In this document: in pieces, positions 38,532 through 51,577 of the stretch
Position numbering within the stretch: the first letter of the stretch is position 1
Layout: each line of letters opens with the position of its first letter
From: Centroscyllium fabricii
Lineage: Eukaryota
NCBI GenBank assembly: GCA_051313645.2
Contig: JBNRSN020000016.1
Span: 94,116,001 to 94,180,000 of the forward strand
DNA: 64,000 nt
Direction: 5' to 3'
The notes under the pieces: generated by a model
Databases searched by the model: none
What the model saw: only the letters and a program-made list of their open reading frames with translations
What the model was told of the DNA's origin: nothing
Translations under genes and position numbers: made by a program

Positions 38532-39070
38532 CGCTGCCGTCTCCAAGGGTGACCACCGGGACTCCCCGCACCGCGCTTCCGGTCGCCCGACCGGCTGCCT
38601 TGACAACCGAAGCGGAAGTAGGTGGTGGGTGGGAGGGGGGGGGGGGGAAGCAGAGCGCGCTGGGCGGGGTTTCAGGTATGATTGACATCTCCCTCCTCAA
38701 AGCCGAACGCGCTGGGCGGGGTTTAAGGTATGATTGACATCTCCCCCCTCCCACACCCCAACTCCGACCCGACCATCCCGGCAGCAGCAGCGGCGTCTCC
38801 GCCACTGGTGGAAAGGCAATGCAAATGAGCAGCGAACTACCCAATCAAACGAGAGGCGGCCAGACGTCCCGGCTCGCGCAATCTCCCACTGCACTTCGGG
38901 ACTTGCAGTTCTATGCCGCGTCGGCCTCACGGGGCTGGACTACATTTCCCAGGATACCCCGCGCCACACAGGTACTCCTGTCACTCAAGGTTCCCAGGCG
39001 GTGATTAGCAGCGCGCTGCCGCCCTGAGAGCGGTGCTACCTGCGCACCGCTCAGGGCGATCCCTTTCGGT
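38532..39070 (-). promoter_or_regulatory. CpG-island promoter of Sowah
   Basis: CpG-rich; ETS-like gcggaagt (~38612); duplicated GC-box unit gcgctgggcggggttt.aggtatgattgacatctccc (38657-38745); octamer atgcaaat (~38819); ZNF143/Staf-like gactacatttccca (~38938). Confidence 0.65.
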
Positions 39071-41231
39071 TGGCTTCGTGTATGGTACAGGCGCACTAAA
39101 ATGTTTAAGGGATAGAAATAGAAAATATGGTGGTATAACGTATCATATGCAAACATCAAACGCATTTGAGTCCTATTTAAGGTGGCTCCGAGGCGCGGTT
39201 GACGAGCCCAAGAGCCAGTGCACCTGAAACAAATTTGCTGTGGAAAGTAGAAGCTGCATAATTGTAGGATATGATAAGAAAGTGCAGAAATTACAGTTTG
39301 ATCCATGAATAATTTTAAAACGCAGTTACATATTGCGTTTCGTAAAATCCAGAAATGCGTGAGCGATTTTTTTAAAAACTTCTTGTTAGTTCAAAGTACG
39401 TTTAGAAACGTTAGTAGAGTTAAGACATACACGTAGACAGAAGCACACGTTTATTGTCTGCAAAAGTGCTGCTTTGAAGAAATTTTAATACGCATATTTT
39501 AGCAATATACACATTTTGACAATTTTCTCTGCTTGCAAATAGTAGTGGTCATTCGCCTGTATAAATATAGCTTTACCCAAAGATGATTTCAGAAAGATGT
39601 AGAATTAAGCCTTTAATCCACGCAAAAAAAAGTAATTGAAAGTAACAAAAACGGATTATAAACAGATGAGAGCAAGAACTAACATCTCAATCAACCATTA
39701 ACATAGAATAATATTATCAGAGCACGGCATTGCACAGTAAAAGGACGTTATTATATTGAGGGGCTAAAGACAACATTCAACGCGCTGATTAATTTCGCAG
39801 GGCAAAAGACTTTGGAAACTATCGATTTACGAGATTGCCCGCTGAGATATGGGCTTGAGCAGAATAGCTGCTATAAGCAGACAAAGAGAATTAAATAAAC
39901 CGGAATATGTTCGTGTTGGGAAATATATCTGGTGGAATCAAAGGAGATTACATCCGTTGATCGGCAGGGATTTATCCCAGTTCATATGGTTTTAATCTGC
40001 TTTCGCTTCTACCCTTTTATGAGTTTTGGAGAGGGGATACTTCGTTTATTCGCTTATATCCACCAGTAAACACTCATTTTGAGCTTATAGTGTGCGAGAC
40101 GGCGAATCAGCTGGTATCTACAACAGCGTAAAGCGACACTCTATAAATTGCGAATGGTCCAAATAATTGGTGTTATTCGAGAAATATAAAAATGAACTAT
40201 TATAAAACGTTGCCATGGATGTATTGCTGAATCGATCTATACCCCTCCCCTCCCATTCTATTTTAAGAACAACGTTTTTCACACCTTTAAATAAGATTGT
40301 TTGGGGACAACCCCAATGAGGCGGCTCACCTCTGTCGAGCTAATAACCGTTAAATTGCAGAAACATATTTAGTGCTTGAAACGTCAGGTTGTTCAGGCAC
40401 TTTACATGGCTTTGCGATTAAATTAGGTTTGGATAACACAGGACAAAATGAAGTAGTCGTAATTTATATTTCAAATGCAAATAAGCGCTAAGCTGGTTGA
40501 AATCCATTGTGGGACGTGTAAAAAAAGCAAGTAAGGTGGTGTATTCGCTTTATGAATTGTAAATCCAAAAATCAATGTTAAATTAATAATTTAAATATCT
40601 CGGTTCCCCTCCCAATCAGCAATGTATGAAGATTTCCCTCAAACCGGCAATAACCTGGGTATGCCACTATAACATGGTGCATTATGTCAATATAATTTTT
40701 ACTTTTACATACAATTAAGTTTTATTTAGATTTAAAAGTAAATGTTATAAACTAGGAGAGTATTTTGTTTCTCTCTCATAATGGCAGATTAGTCACCTCT
40801 GGCCTCTTTCTAGATCTGACGAGGTGCCATCTTGAAAAATCGCTAAATGAAGGCTTCAGTCTAAATTGAAAGGCTCCAAATTGTATTTTTACACCAGTGT
40901 ATGAGATGAATATCAACACTTAGCCTATGTGATCTAAATATATACACAAAAGAGTTTCATTGTTGGACACTAGAGTCTAGAAATTATTGTTGACGATGTT
41001 GGCAGATAAACACTTAATCTGTTGGTCTGAGATTTTAACAGAGCTGTTAACCCATTTAAAATAACATGAATAAGTTTAGGCCTGCAACAAATTAGTCAAC
41101 TAATTATAAAAAAATGCTCCTCTGCCAATATCACCAACATTCATTTTTAGGCTCATTGTGAAGAGATCTTGCAATTTAGTGTCAACTTAGATTTCTCTGT
41201 TCCACTGGTCCAAGGCTAAAGTTAAAGTATT

Positions 41232-41981
41232 GGCCCAGAAATTGCAGTGGAGCCTTCGTGCGGGTGCAGTACCTGCTAGTTGCACTTGCACTGCCCATAA
41301 TCAGGTTTGCTTTTTTGCACTCAGAAATTGCAGTTAGCCCAGCTTGTCAGAGCTCCGTGCGAGCTTCATGGGCATCTGAAGGGCGTAATTAGTGCGAGAT
41401 GGCTTTTGAGACCACCTGATTGGCAGGGAGCCAATCAGTGGAACCAATTCTCCATTCAAAACTTCCACTGAGAAATCTGTGCAAGTTCTGAAAGGAGAGA
41501 TTGCCCAAAAGACATCTAAACACAAAAATAAAATTTTACAACCACCACATTTTTTTAACATTACCCCAACTAACACAAATAACCTATTTTAAAGAAAAAA
41601 TAAAAATTTACAGAATTTTTTTTCAACTTCCAACAGGTCTAACAAATACTTACCTGTCTTTAAAGTTATCAACAATTTAAAACCTGAAAAAACAATTAAA
41701 ATCAATAAAATACACACTTAACAGATAAAAACGGCTACTTACGACTGCTTTTTCCCAGCGTAGAAAATCCTGGTCTTGGTCCGTAGAAAAACTTTTTTTT
41801 TAAATCGGAATGTCTGGACGCACCCGTAGTTCGCTGCTTCCTGCGCAGGAACTCCAACCCCCCCGCTGACCGGCATAGGAAATCTCGAAGCTGCGCTACC
41901 GGCTGCTTCCTGCGGGTTTAAGCTCTGGTGCATTCGCACCAGAGCTTAAACCCAATATGGGCAGACTGGAATTTCTGGCCC
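41232..41981. mobile_element. Harbinger-type MITE
   Basis: TIRs ggcccagaaattgcag / ctggaatttctggccc; TSD att/att. Confidence 0.85.
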
Positions 41982-42081
41982 ATTGTTATCAAATTTTTAC
42001 GTAATATAAAACCTTGAACCATGCCAGCACAGCCTCACTTTGATCCAGTTTGTCTCCTTGGAAGTCTCCATCTCCAACAAT

Positions 42082-42806
42082 GGCCCAGAAATTCGGGTCC
42101 CAACGCATGAGTACGCGCTGGGTACTCACGCATAGGCTATTCCAAAGTGCCAGTTTCGTGCATGCGTGCAAAACCAGCACTTCCGATCCCCTGACAGAAG
42201 GGTTCAGCGGTCGGAACACGTGCGCGGGAGCGGCAGCGCGTGCACAATGCACTTCTGCTTTTTTAATAAGATTCTGTGTCCGGGTAAGTATGAAAAACTT
42301 GCTGATATTTTCATGTGCAAAGACTGGTTTTAACAAGGTAAGTGGTGGATTAATTCAAATTAAAAAAATTTTTCCACAGGTTTATTATTTTTAAATACTT
42401 TAAAGAAAGGTAAGTTTATTTTTAGCCCCGTCAGAAAAAATAATTAATTTTTTCAAAAATTGAAATTATTGTTTAAAATAGTTATTTAATGTAATTGATA
42501 GTTATTTAAAAAAATGTGATTTAAAAACAAAATTATTTGAAGATTTAGTGATGTTTTGGGGTTTGTAGTTTTCATAGTTTTGACAGCTCTTCCTGTCAAA
42601 CTTATGAATGGAGCATTCTCTCCATGGCCCACGAGATCCATCGCACTATCTGCGCCGCTCGGATATGCGAGCACAGCGCGCCGGCAGTTGAGGAAGGCCC
42701 CGCATTGGAATTCCATGCGGGCCCACAGCTCAACGGCTGGCGCACTAGGTAAGTGCAGATTGGAGGCTTGCACACACAGGAAGCCTCCGACCTGAATTTC
42801 TGGGCC
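42082..42806 (+). mobile_element. Harbinger-type MITE (copy A)
   Basis: TIRs ggcccagaaattc / gaatttctgggcc; flanks aat/att. Confidence 0.9.
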
Positions 42807-43469
42807 ATTGTGTCTGACAATCACAAGTACTAAGCAGGTCGCATGCCACACACAAACTATGAAAGCACCAACTAGCTGTTAAGACTCTAATAGCTTGAAT
42901 CTTAGACAGTAAGGGAAGAAGCAACAACTGTGGTCATCAGAAAGCCTTAGCCATCAAACACCAAAATGCAGCAGCAAATGCAATGCATCAGAATCCACAG
43001 ATGTTGTCAGCAGCTGTTCTACAACTGTGCCACAGCTGGAGGGATGCACTGCAGTCAACTTTTCCAATAAAAAGTGTGCTTTGGCTAGGAACAAATCTCA
43101 TCTGAAATTCACACATCACCTAAAACTTTGTTCACGTTATTGTTAGGAATAGTTATTTACCCTTTTGCTTTTAAGTAGGGCAATATATAGAATGGTGGAT
43201 AGTGCAGTAAAATAGAAAGAAAAGAAAGTATAGTTTAGGCAGCTAAAATACATACTTAGGACAACCTGTTTAGGTCCATCGTAGCTAAAGAAAAAACAAG
43301 TGTTTATAAGGGTAAGTGGGAAGTCAGCACATAGGAAAATGCTACCGCAGCATTAAGACAAACACAGAGAGGCTTAGGAGGAGCTTTTATCCCCAAGCCA
43401 TCCGGATCCTAAATGAAGACGTTGCCAAGGGTCGGCATACTGACGATTGAATGCCTTTTCTTCTTTAAT

Positions 43470-43598
43470 TGTTAATTTATTATTTGTATTTATTATTATC
43501 CAGAGAGTACAGACATGGAGCTTGCGACTAAGCATTTCACTGCACTTTGTACATGTATAATGATGTACGTGACAAATAAAGTAAACTTGAACTTGAAC
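43470..43598 (+). mobile_element. Short LINE 3' end (possibly Rex/Babar-like)
   Basis: gcatttcactgcac...gtgacaaataaagtaaacttgaacttgaac: polyA signal followed by a short tandem tail. Confidence 0.4.
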
Positions 43599-44029
43599 AT
43601 ACTTGCTCTTCTCAGACCTTCTCTTGAGAACCATAGGTTTTCTGTATATTTGTAAATATTGTGCTCTTGGACTCAAGCATTAAAAAATGGAAAACTACCA
43701 CCTGTGCGAAAATAGCTTTTGTTGTTAGTAGCAAATTAACCTCAATGGGTAAGAGATGTCAGTGGGTTACATTAGCAAACAATAAAAAATAATGCCATAA
43801 AGTATAGGTTATAATAGCTTCTCAAAGTATGGTTGACATTTAGTTGCAATGCACTGAACAGTTTTGCCTCTTCTGCTTCTCAACATTCTTACGGATGACT
43901 ACACGGTCATTGTCAAGCCCTGTGGCTTCATTTTGTGCTCAGAATTGTTACAGTGCTGATATTTGCTGATATCTATTGGAAAAGCTAGAGGATTTCATCC
44001 ATGTAGATTTGTGCAACCTCAAATAACCT

Positions 44030-45920
44030 CAGGCTAAATATAGAAAATTCATAGGAGAAGTGAAAATGAAAATAAGAGGGGCCAAGAGTGAGTATGAAAA
44101 TAGATTGGCAGCGAATATAAAAGGTAATCCAAAAGTCTTCTATAGGCATATAAATAGTAAATGGGTAGTAAGAGAAGGGGTAGGGCTGATTAGGGATCAA
44201 AAAGGAGACCTATGCATGGAGGCAGAGGGCATGGCTGAGGTACTAAATGAGCACTTTGCATCTGTCTTCACCAAAGAAGAAGATGCTGCCACAGACATAG
44301 TGAAGGAGGAGGTAGAGGCGATACTGGATGGGATGAGAATTGATAAAGATGAGGTACTAGAAAGGCTGGCTGTACTTAAAGTAGATAAGTCACCAGGACT
44401 GGATGGGATGCATCCTAGGATGCTGAGGAAAGTGAAGGAAGAAATTGCGGAGGTACTGGCCATAATCTTCCAATCCTCCTTAGATACGGGGGTGGTGCCA
44501 GAGGACTGGCGAATTGCAAATGTTACACCCTTGTTCAAAAAGGGTGTAAAGATAAACCCAGTAACTATAGGCTTAACCTCGGTAGTGGGGAAGCTTTTAG
44601 AAACAATAATCAGGGACAAAATTAACAGTCACTTGGGCAAGTGTGGATTAATTAAGTAAAGCCAGCACGGATTTGTGTTTAACCAACTTGATCGAGTTTT
44701 TTGATGAGGTAACATGATGAGGTTGATGAGGGCAATGCGGTTGGTGTGGTGTACATGGATTTCCAAAAGGCGTTCGACAAAGTGCCACATAAAGACTGCC
44801 AGCAAAGTTGAAGCCCATGGAATAAAAGGAATAGTGGCAGCATGGATATGAAATTGGCTAAGTGACAGGCAACAGAGAGCAGTGGTGAGCGGTTGCTTTT
44901 TGGACTGGAGGAAGCTTTACAGTGGTGTTCCCCAGGGGTTGGTACTAGGACCACTGCTTTTCTTGATATATATTAATGACTTGGACTTGGGTGTACAGGG
45001 CACGATTTAAAAATTTGCAGATGACACAAAACTTGCCAGTATAGTGAACAGTGAGGAGGATAGTGATAGACTTCAAGAGGACATAGACAGGCTGGTGAAA
45101 TGGGCGAATACATGGCAGATGAAATTTAACGCAGAAAAGTGTGAAGTGATAGATTTTGGTAGAAAGAATGAGGAGAGGTAATATAAACTAAAGGGTACAA
45201 TCCTAAAGGGGGTGCATGAACAGAGAGACCTAGGGGTATATGTGCACAAATCATTGAAGGTGGCAGGGCAGGTTGAGAAAGCAGTTAAAAAAGCTTACGG
45301 GATCCTGGGCTTCATGAATAAAGGTATAGAATAAAAAAAGCATGGAAATTATGATGAACCTATAAAATGCACTGGTTTGACCTCAACTAGAGTATTGTGT
45401 TGATTCTGTGCACCGCTCTTTAGGAAGGATGTGAAGGCCTTAGAGAGGGTGCAAAACAGATTTGCAAGAATGGTTCCAGGGATGAGGAACTTCAGTTACA
45501 TGGATAGACTGGAGATACATAGAGCAGAGAAGATTGAGAGGAGATTTGATCGAGGTGTTCAAAATCATGAAGGGTCTGGACAGAGTAGATAGAGAGAAAC
45601 TGTTCCCATTGGCGAAAGGGTCGAGAACCAGAGGACACAGATTTAAGGTGATTGGCAAAAGAACCAAAGATGACGTGACGAAAAACTTTTTTACGCAGCG
45701 AGTGGTTCAGATCTGGAATGCACTGCCTGAAAGGATGGTGGAGGCAGATTCAATCATGGCTTTGAAAAGGGAGTTGGGTAAGTATCTAAAAGAAAAACAT
45801 TTGCAGGGCTACGGGGAAAGTGCGGGGGAGTGGGACTAGCTGAGGAGCTCTTGCAGAGAGCCAGCATGGGTGCAACAGGCCAAATGGCCTCCTTCCGTGT
45901 TGTAACCATTCTATGATTCT
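44030..45920 (+). mobile_element. 5'-truncated CR1 (HER1-like) LINE
   Basis: KGNPKVFYRHIN, KSPGLDGMHPRML, PEDWRIANVTPLFKKG, YMDFQKAFDKVPH, KFADDTK, RTRGHRFK; tail ttctatgattct. Confidence 0.95.
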
Positions 45921-46445
45921 AATATCCCAAATAAGGAATAATCATGTCAAATTCTGATACAGAATGTGATGCAAGCTCTTACGGGTGTAATAAATCAAAT
46001 ATTATCTGCAGTTTTTAAGTTAAAATATTGCTCTTCAGATTACAAAACCACTTTTAGGTGTGTAATGTCCTCAGCCTTCAGCTTTAGCCATTGTAACAAA
46101 TAGTTGGTCACTTGTGTTACCCCAGAGTTAATATTTTATGACTGTAGCTCTCAACTCTAGCAATTGTATTTTGCTAGCAAATTGCCCTTCACGTTGGCCA
46201 TGATCAGTTGAGGAATATAATTTTTTTATATATACAAGATGACAACAGAGTTGGGAGACTTCAGATATTTGGTCCATTAAGCCATTTAGTGGCCAGAGCC
46301 CACAACTATTATCGTGACACGTGACATAGCAAAATTGAATGGGAAATATTGACATAGCAATTTACAATTGTAAATATTGACACAAAAGCCTGACCAAATA
46401 TCATAACGGGAAGGAAGTGTACGCCCTACCCAATTTGTCAACATT

Positions 46446-47202
46446 GGCCCAGAAATTTGAGTCGGAGGCTTCCCGTGTGTGCAAGCCTCCAACCTGCACT
46501 TACCTAGCGCGCCGGCTGCTGAGCTGTGGGCCCGCATGGAATTCCGATGCGGGGCCTCCTCCAACTGCCGGCACGCTGTGCTCACGTATCCCAGCGGCGC
46601 AGTTAGTGCGATAGATCACATGGGATCACGTAGGCCACGGAGAGCCAATCGGAGAACAGAATGCTCCATTCATAAGTTTGACAGGAAGACCTGTCAAAAG
46701 TATGAAAACTACAAACCCCAAAACATCACTAAATCTTCAAATACATTTTTTTTAAATCACATTTTTTAAAACAACTATCAATTACATTAAATAACGACTT
46801 TAAACAATAATGTAAATTTTTGAAAAAATTAATACTTTTTTTGGACGGGGCTAAAAATAAACTTACCTTTCTGTAAAGTATTTAAAAATAATAAACCTGT
46901 GGATTTTTTTTTTTATTTGAATTAATTCACTGCTTAACTTGTTAAACCCAGTCTTTGCACATTAAAATATCAGCCGTAACTTTTTCATACTTACCTGGAC
47001 ACAGAATCTTATTTTAAAAATCGGAAGTGCATTGCGCACACGCTGCCACTCACGTGTTCCGACCTCTGAACCCTTCTGTCAGGGGATCGGAAGTGCTGGT
47101 TTTGCGCGCATGCGCTGTGCATGCACGAAACCGACACTTTGGATGGGCCTACGCGTGAGTACCCAGCACGTGCTCACGCATTGGGACCCGAATTTCTGGG
47201 CC
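46446..47202 (-). mobile_element. Harbinger-type MITE (copy B), inverted relative to copy A
   Basis: Reverse-complement homology to 42082-42806 along its length; TIRs ggcccagaaatt / aatttctgggcc; flanks att/aat. Confidence 0.9.
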
Positions 47203-48159
47203 AATATGTTAATATATTAAGCATGAGATTTTAGATTTAGGTTCAGATTCTCTCCTGAAGGTCCTAAATTCTGACCTTCTGAAATCCAATTGTAGAAGAT
47301 GTAATATGTGAGTCAAAATGATGTGATCCTTACACAGGTGTCTTAGCATAGGGGATTTATTTTCTATTGAGTTATATTGGATACAAAGAGGACAAAGTTA
47401 TCAAGAATCATCTCAACCTTGGTCTCTCCCATGTACCATGGTCCTACAATCTACCATGGATTATAGAGATACATGCAACAGATGTACATAACACTCTTCT
47501 TCCAAACATACCTGGCTTCAAAGTTAAAAAAAAAATCTAAATTATTGAAATGGTTGCATACTCCAAAAGAAATAGGATGACCTCTTAATTGCAAGGCAAG
47601 AACTATTTGAAACAAAATGTTGAATAAATTAAAAAGAAATGTTGCTGATGCTCTGGCTCCAGCTGGCAACCACGTAGCTGCTATCCACTGTGACAGCAGG
47701 GAAAGACATTGAGGGACAGGAGAGATGGTAACAGACATGTGAGAAGGACGTTTAGGACTTCTGTGTATGAGGAGTACCAGATCTAAGTACTGGTTAATCC
47801 AAACATCCAAACACAAAACTTTCAAGTGAGCCCAAATTCATATATTCAGCAAATTAGCCCATATTAATGGAGTGCCGGTCTCGTCAGACTCTAAAATCAC
47901 TTTAGTGCTCCGCCATTTAAAAAATATTGTATACTTTATTCCAAATTACACAATACAAATTATATAAAGCCAAACCAATGCACACTTCACTGAATGAAAG
48001 TCAACAAAAATATTATCAACAATTAAAATATGGAAATATTCTTCATACTTACTCTGTCTCCCAAAGGTGGGATCCTTCACCCTCTATAAACATTCAGAGT
48101 GGAGCATTCCTTCATTGTCTGGACCTCCAACTCAATTTCCTCTCTATTATGAGGGCCAA

Positions 48160-48330
48160 ACTCCTGGAACTCCCTTCCTAACAACATTGTGGGTGTACCT
48201 ACACCATATAGACTGCAGCGGTTCAAGAAGGCGGCTCACCACCATCTTCTCACGGGCAATTAGGGATGGGCACTAAATGCAGGCCTAGCCAGCCAGCGAC
48301 GCCCACATCCCATCAATGGATAAAAAAAGA
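48160..48330 (+). mobile_element. LINE 3' end (CR1/L2-group); a related fragment lies at 32780-32873
   Basis: ctgcagcggttcaagaaggcggctcaccaccatcttctc..gggcaattagggatgggca...gcccacatcccat followed by an A-tail. Confidence 0.65.
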
Positions 48331-49059
48331 TCATTTTTTTTAAATATCAGTTTTTTCAAAATCTAAAGTTTGTTGATTTCCAATAACCCAAACACATTTT
48401 TTTCAGTATATAAAATAATTAAATGACAGGCTGCAATGTTTTCCTTTCGACTCAAGAATATTATGCAACCCAAGATGAATAGATTTTATTTTAATAGTCC
48501 AAAACTGCATGTCAGGGTTTTTATTTTATTATGCACTTGGACTTGAGTCTATTTCTATAACAGTAATTCTCTCCACACATATTATGCACGCATAGTCTGC
48601 ACATTGTGCTTTATCATCTCTTGGCATTGCTTACTAACGGCTGTTGCTCACTGGTGTCAATTAGTGGCCAATAGTGAAAATTAGCTTCTCACACCCCTCA
48701 ACCATCACACACAACATTTATTTCTAAGGTTTCTATAGAGTGGGTGTGGGTCTGTGTGTACACAGCCACAGTATATTTATATATACTGTGCACCAACTGC
48801 AGATTATTTCTCAATAAATTTTCAGTAATGACATCACAATTGTTGATCCTTCACTGTGAGTCTCATTTTGCATTAATGTTATAGACTGCACTGACAGCTG
48901 CTGTCGGAACAAAAATAGACAGACCTAAAATTGAATCAAATCACCCCATCAGATTAATTGTATACTGTTAACGGCATATAAAAATAACCAATACCCTGGA
49001 GTGATTTCAAGGCAATAATGTAGTCTCCGGGTTCAGGTGACTGTTAGCTTTTTTTAAAT

Positions 49060-49440
49060 GTTCTTGCTGATTTCTACCCTCACCATGCTGGAGTGTGGTT
49101 GCATGAGGGCCAGTCACCCTCCAGTACCTTGCCCAAGTGGTCAGTTACTCAAGTGTGACAGTGAGTGCTGGTGGCAAGTGACATCACAGTCCAGCCCGAT
49201 CCTGTCTTCAGGCAATGTTCAATCACACACATATAATTCCAAACACAGCCACTGGACGGTGACCAGGAGTGGGAACACGACCTGCTTTCCCCCTCCCCCC
49301 TTCTTTAACCAGGGGTGATAAAGCCAATGTCACTGCCCCTCATCTGACACCAGCACTGACTGGGAATCGAACCTTGTACCTTTATGAGCGAGCATATTAT
49401 GGTTTAGCCATTCACTGGATAATTAGCTGAGCCACGTAGG
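49060..49440 (-). mobile_element. Old tRNA-derived SINE-like element just upstream of the Irx5 promoter
   Basis: Reverse strand has box-A/B-like ggctcag...ggttcgattccc; the rest is not assignable by eye. Confidence 0.35.
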
Positions 49441-49619
49441 CTGGGGGAGGAGGTTGCTGGTGCATTTTGAAATCATCTGAATCCTAGGTTAAGGAACCCG
49501 ATATTTAAAATATTCTCTCTATTTTACAGGGGACAATAAATAGTTCTGAAAAGCCTCCCGATTTACATCACTATCTACGATGGGTATACACCTGCAACAT
49601 TATACAAATATAATATCGC

Positions 49620-50222
49620 ACACGGCAGAATTGTAATTAATGCTGGGTATTCAACCTAAAATTGATGGAAAGTTTAGAAAACGCACATTGGGAGTGTTTG
49701 ATTGGCACGCATTTCCAGCAAGCTCACATTTGTTCCTGGTTATGTGCGCTGTGATTCGCCAGGCTTCTGTCACGTACAATATTAGCAAACTAAAGTTAAG
49801 TTGCTGGAGCCTGGTAAGAGATTGCCATCCAGGGGCCGGCGCACGTGAGCCTTGACATGAGGCTTGTTTCGAGACAGAGAGAGAGAGAGAGAAACCCAGC
49901 CTCTCATTAGGTTGGTTGTGGCACCCCATCAGGCTGCAGCCTTTCTTCTGTTGACAACACCCTGATAGGAGGAGCTGCGAGTGCGTCGAAGGCGTCAGAA
50001 AGCCTGAATTTCTAACTTGCATCTTGCAGGACCTTTTCCAAGCAGCCCCATCCAAAGGAAAACTTCTGCAAGCAAGTAAACACTGGGAGAGTCAGCGAGC
50101 AGCTGACAGCGCAGACCCAGGCATTCTACCGGTGTATGACTCCAGATCACTCAATTCACATAAAAGCTTTGGAAATAGGGGGTTGATACACACACACACA
50201 CACACACAAACATAATCTAGCC
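49620..50222 (+). promoter_or_regulatory. Irx5 proximal promoter / 5' UTR
   Basis: CpG-retaining region before the ATG; reverse CCAAT (gattgg ~49700), E-box cacgtg (~49841), (GA)n and (CA)n tracts. Confidence 0.5.
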
Positions 50223-50459
50223 ATGTCTTATCCTCAGGGCTACTTGTATCAACCGTCAGCGTCTTTGGCTCTTTACTCGTGTCCAGCGTACAGCACCAGC
50301 GTCATATCGGGACCCAGGACGGATGAACTTGGGAGATCTTCTTCGGGATCTGCCTTCAGCCCGTACGCCGGATCTACAGCGTTTACAGCCCCTTCCCCAG
50401 GCTACAACAGCCACCTCCAGTACGGCACAGACCCGACCGCTGCCTTCACTTCGTACGTG
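50223..50459 (+). CDS. irx5: Iroquois homeobox 5, coding exon 1 (79 codons)
   Basis: [68 protein letters not shown] matches the vertebrate IRX5 N-terminus; donor GTG|gtaagt. Confidence 0.97.
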
Positions 50460-50820
50460 GTAAGTTCAGTTTTTCAGACACCATTATAATGCATTCATAA
50501 CTATTGCTGAATACAATGGTGCCTCTTTGAGCTGGTCTCTGAAAAGATCCCATGTCTCTCTTTACAAACTTTCCAGCCGCCCCCAGTCTGTTATTTGAAT
50601 GCAATTTGATTCTTGTTAAGAACAACTTTGGTAAAAATTGATTTTTTTAAATGAAGAAAAAACAGGCTTGACTTTATTGCAGTCTTCAAAAGCTCACAGC
50701 TTTGCATTCAGCTGTTTGCATTTAAAAAAAACCAATATATTATTTCACTAGGTAAAAGGATTTACAGCTGAATGCGTTTGGTACAAAACGCGATTTTGAC
50801 GGGTGTTTGTTGTGTCTCAG

Positions 50821-51226
50821 GGTTCTCCCTATGATCACTCGACGGGAATGGCTGGATCTATAGGATATCACCCGTACGCCGCTCCTCTCGGCTCTTATCC
50901 GTATGGTGACCCCGCTTACCGAAAAAATGCCACCAGAGATGCCACTGCCACCCTCAAAGCCTGGCTCAGCGAGCACAGAAAGAACCCTTACCCCACTAAA
51001 GGCGAGAAGATCATGCTGGCTATCATCACCAAAATGACTCTGACTCAAGTGTCCACCTGGTTCGCTAACGCCAGGAGGAGGTTGAAGAAGGAGAATAAAA
51101 TGACCTGGACCCCGAGAAATAGGAGCGAAGACGAGGAGGAAGAAGAGAACATAGATCTGGAGAAAAACGACGACGACGAGCCGCAGAAATCTTTGGAAAA
51201 GGAGAACACGTCGGAAACAGAGTCAG
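50821..51226 (+). CDS. irx5: Irx5 exon 2 (TALE homeodomain and acidic region)
   Basis: tctcag|GSPYDH...[63 protein letters not shown]; donor CAG|gtagga (phase 1). Confidence 0.97.
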
Positions 51227-51577
51227 GTAGGAAAACAATGAATATTTTAGTGAAATCATTTTCAATAAGGGCGCCGAGTTGATTGTGCTTTATTATTTAT
51301 AAAGCACACATATGCAAATAACACACTGATTTTCGTTTGAATTGTAATTTTCGCTACACGTGTAGTTAAGAGATGTTTTTGAAAATGCAATGCTGTAAAA
51401 TCCATAAACACTGTCGGGAAGTAACAACATTTAGGTTGAATCAAGCAATTGGTATATCCCATAATTTTGAGTGCCCTATAATAATAAAGGTAATTTGATT
51501 ATAATTAACATGTTTGGATTTTTTTTGGAATAGAATAAGTGATTATTTTTTTTCTCTTTTTCAACTGATTGAAACAG

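Noticed and set aside
38280-38606. The 108-aa ORF as a single-exon gene
   Set aside because: It starts at a non-ATG codon and runs through a consensus splice donor; only 38396-38531 resembles a known protein.
38810-39240. snRNA-type gene driven by octamer plus Staf motifs
   Set aside because: No recognisable snRNA, 7SK or tRNA-Sec body follows the TATA-like tatttaa at ~39174; the motifs fit the Sowah promoter.
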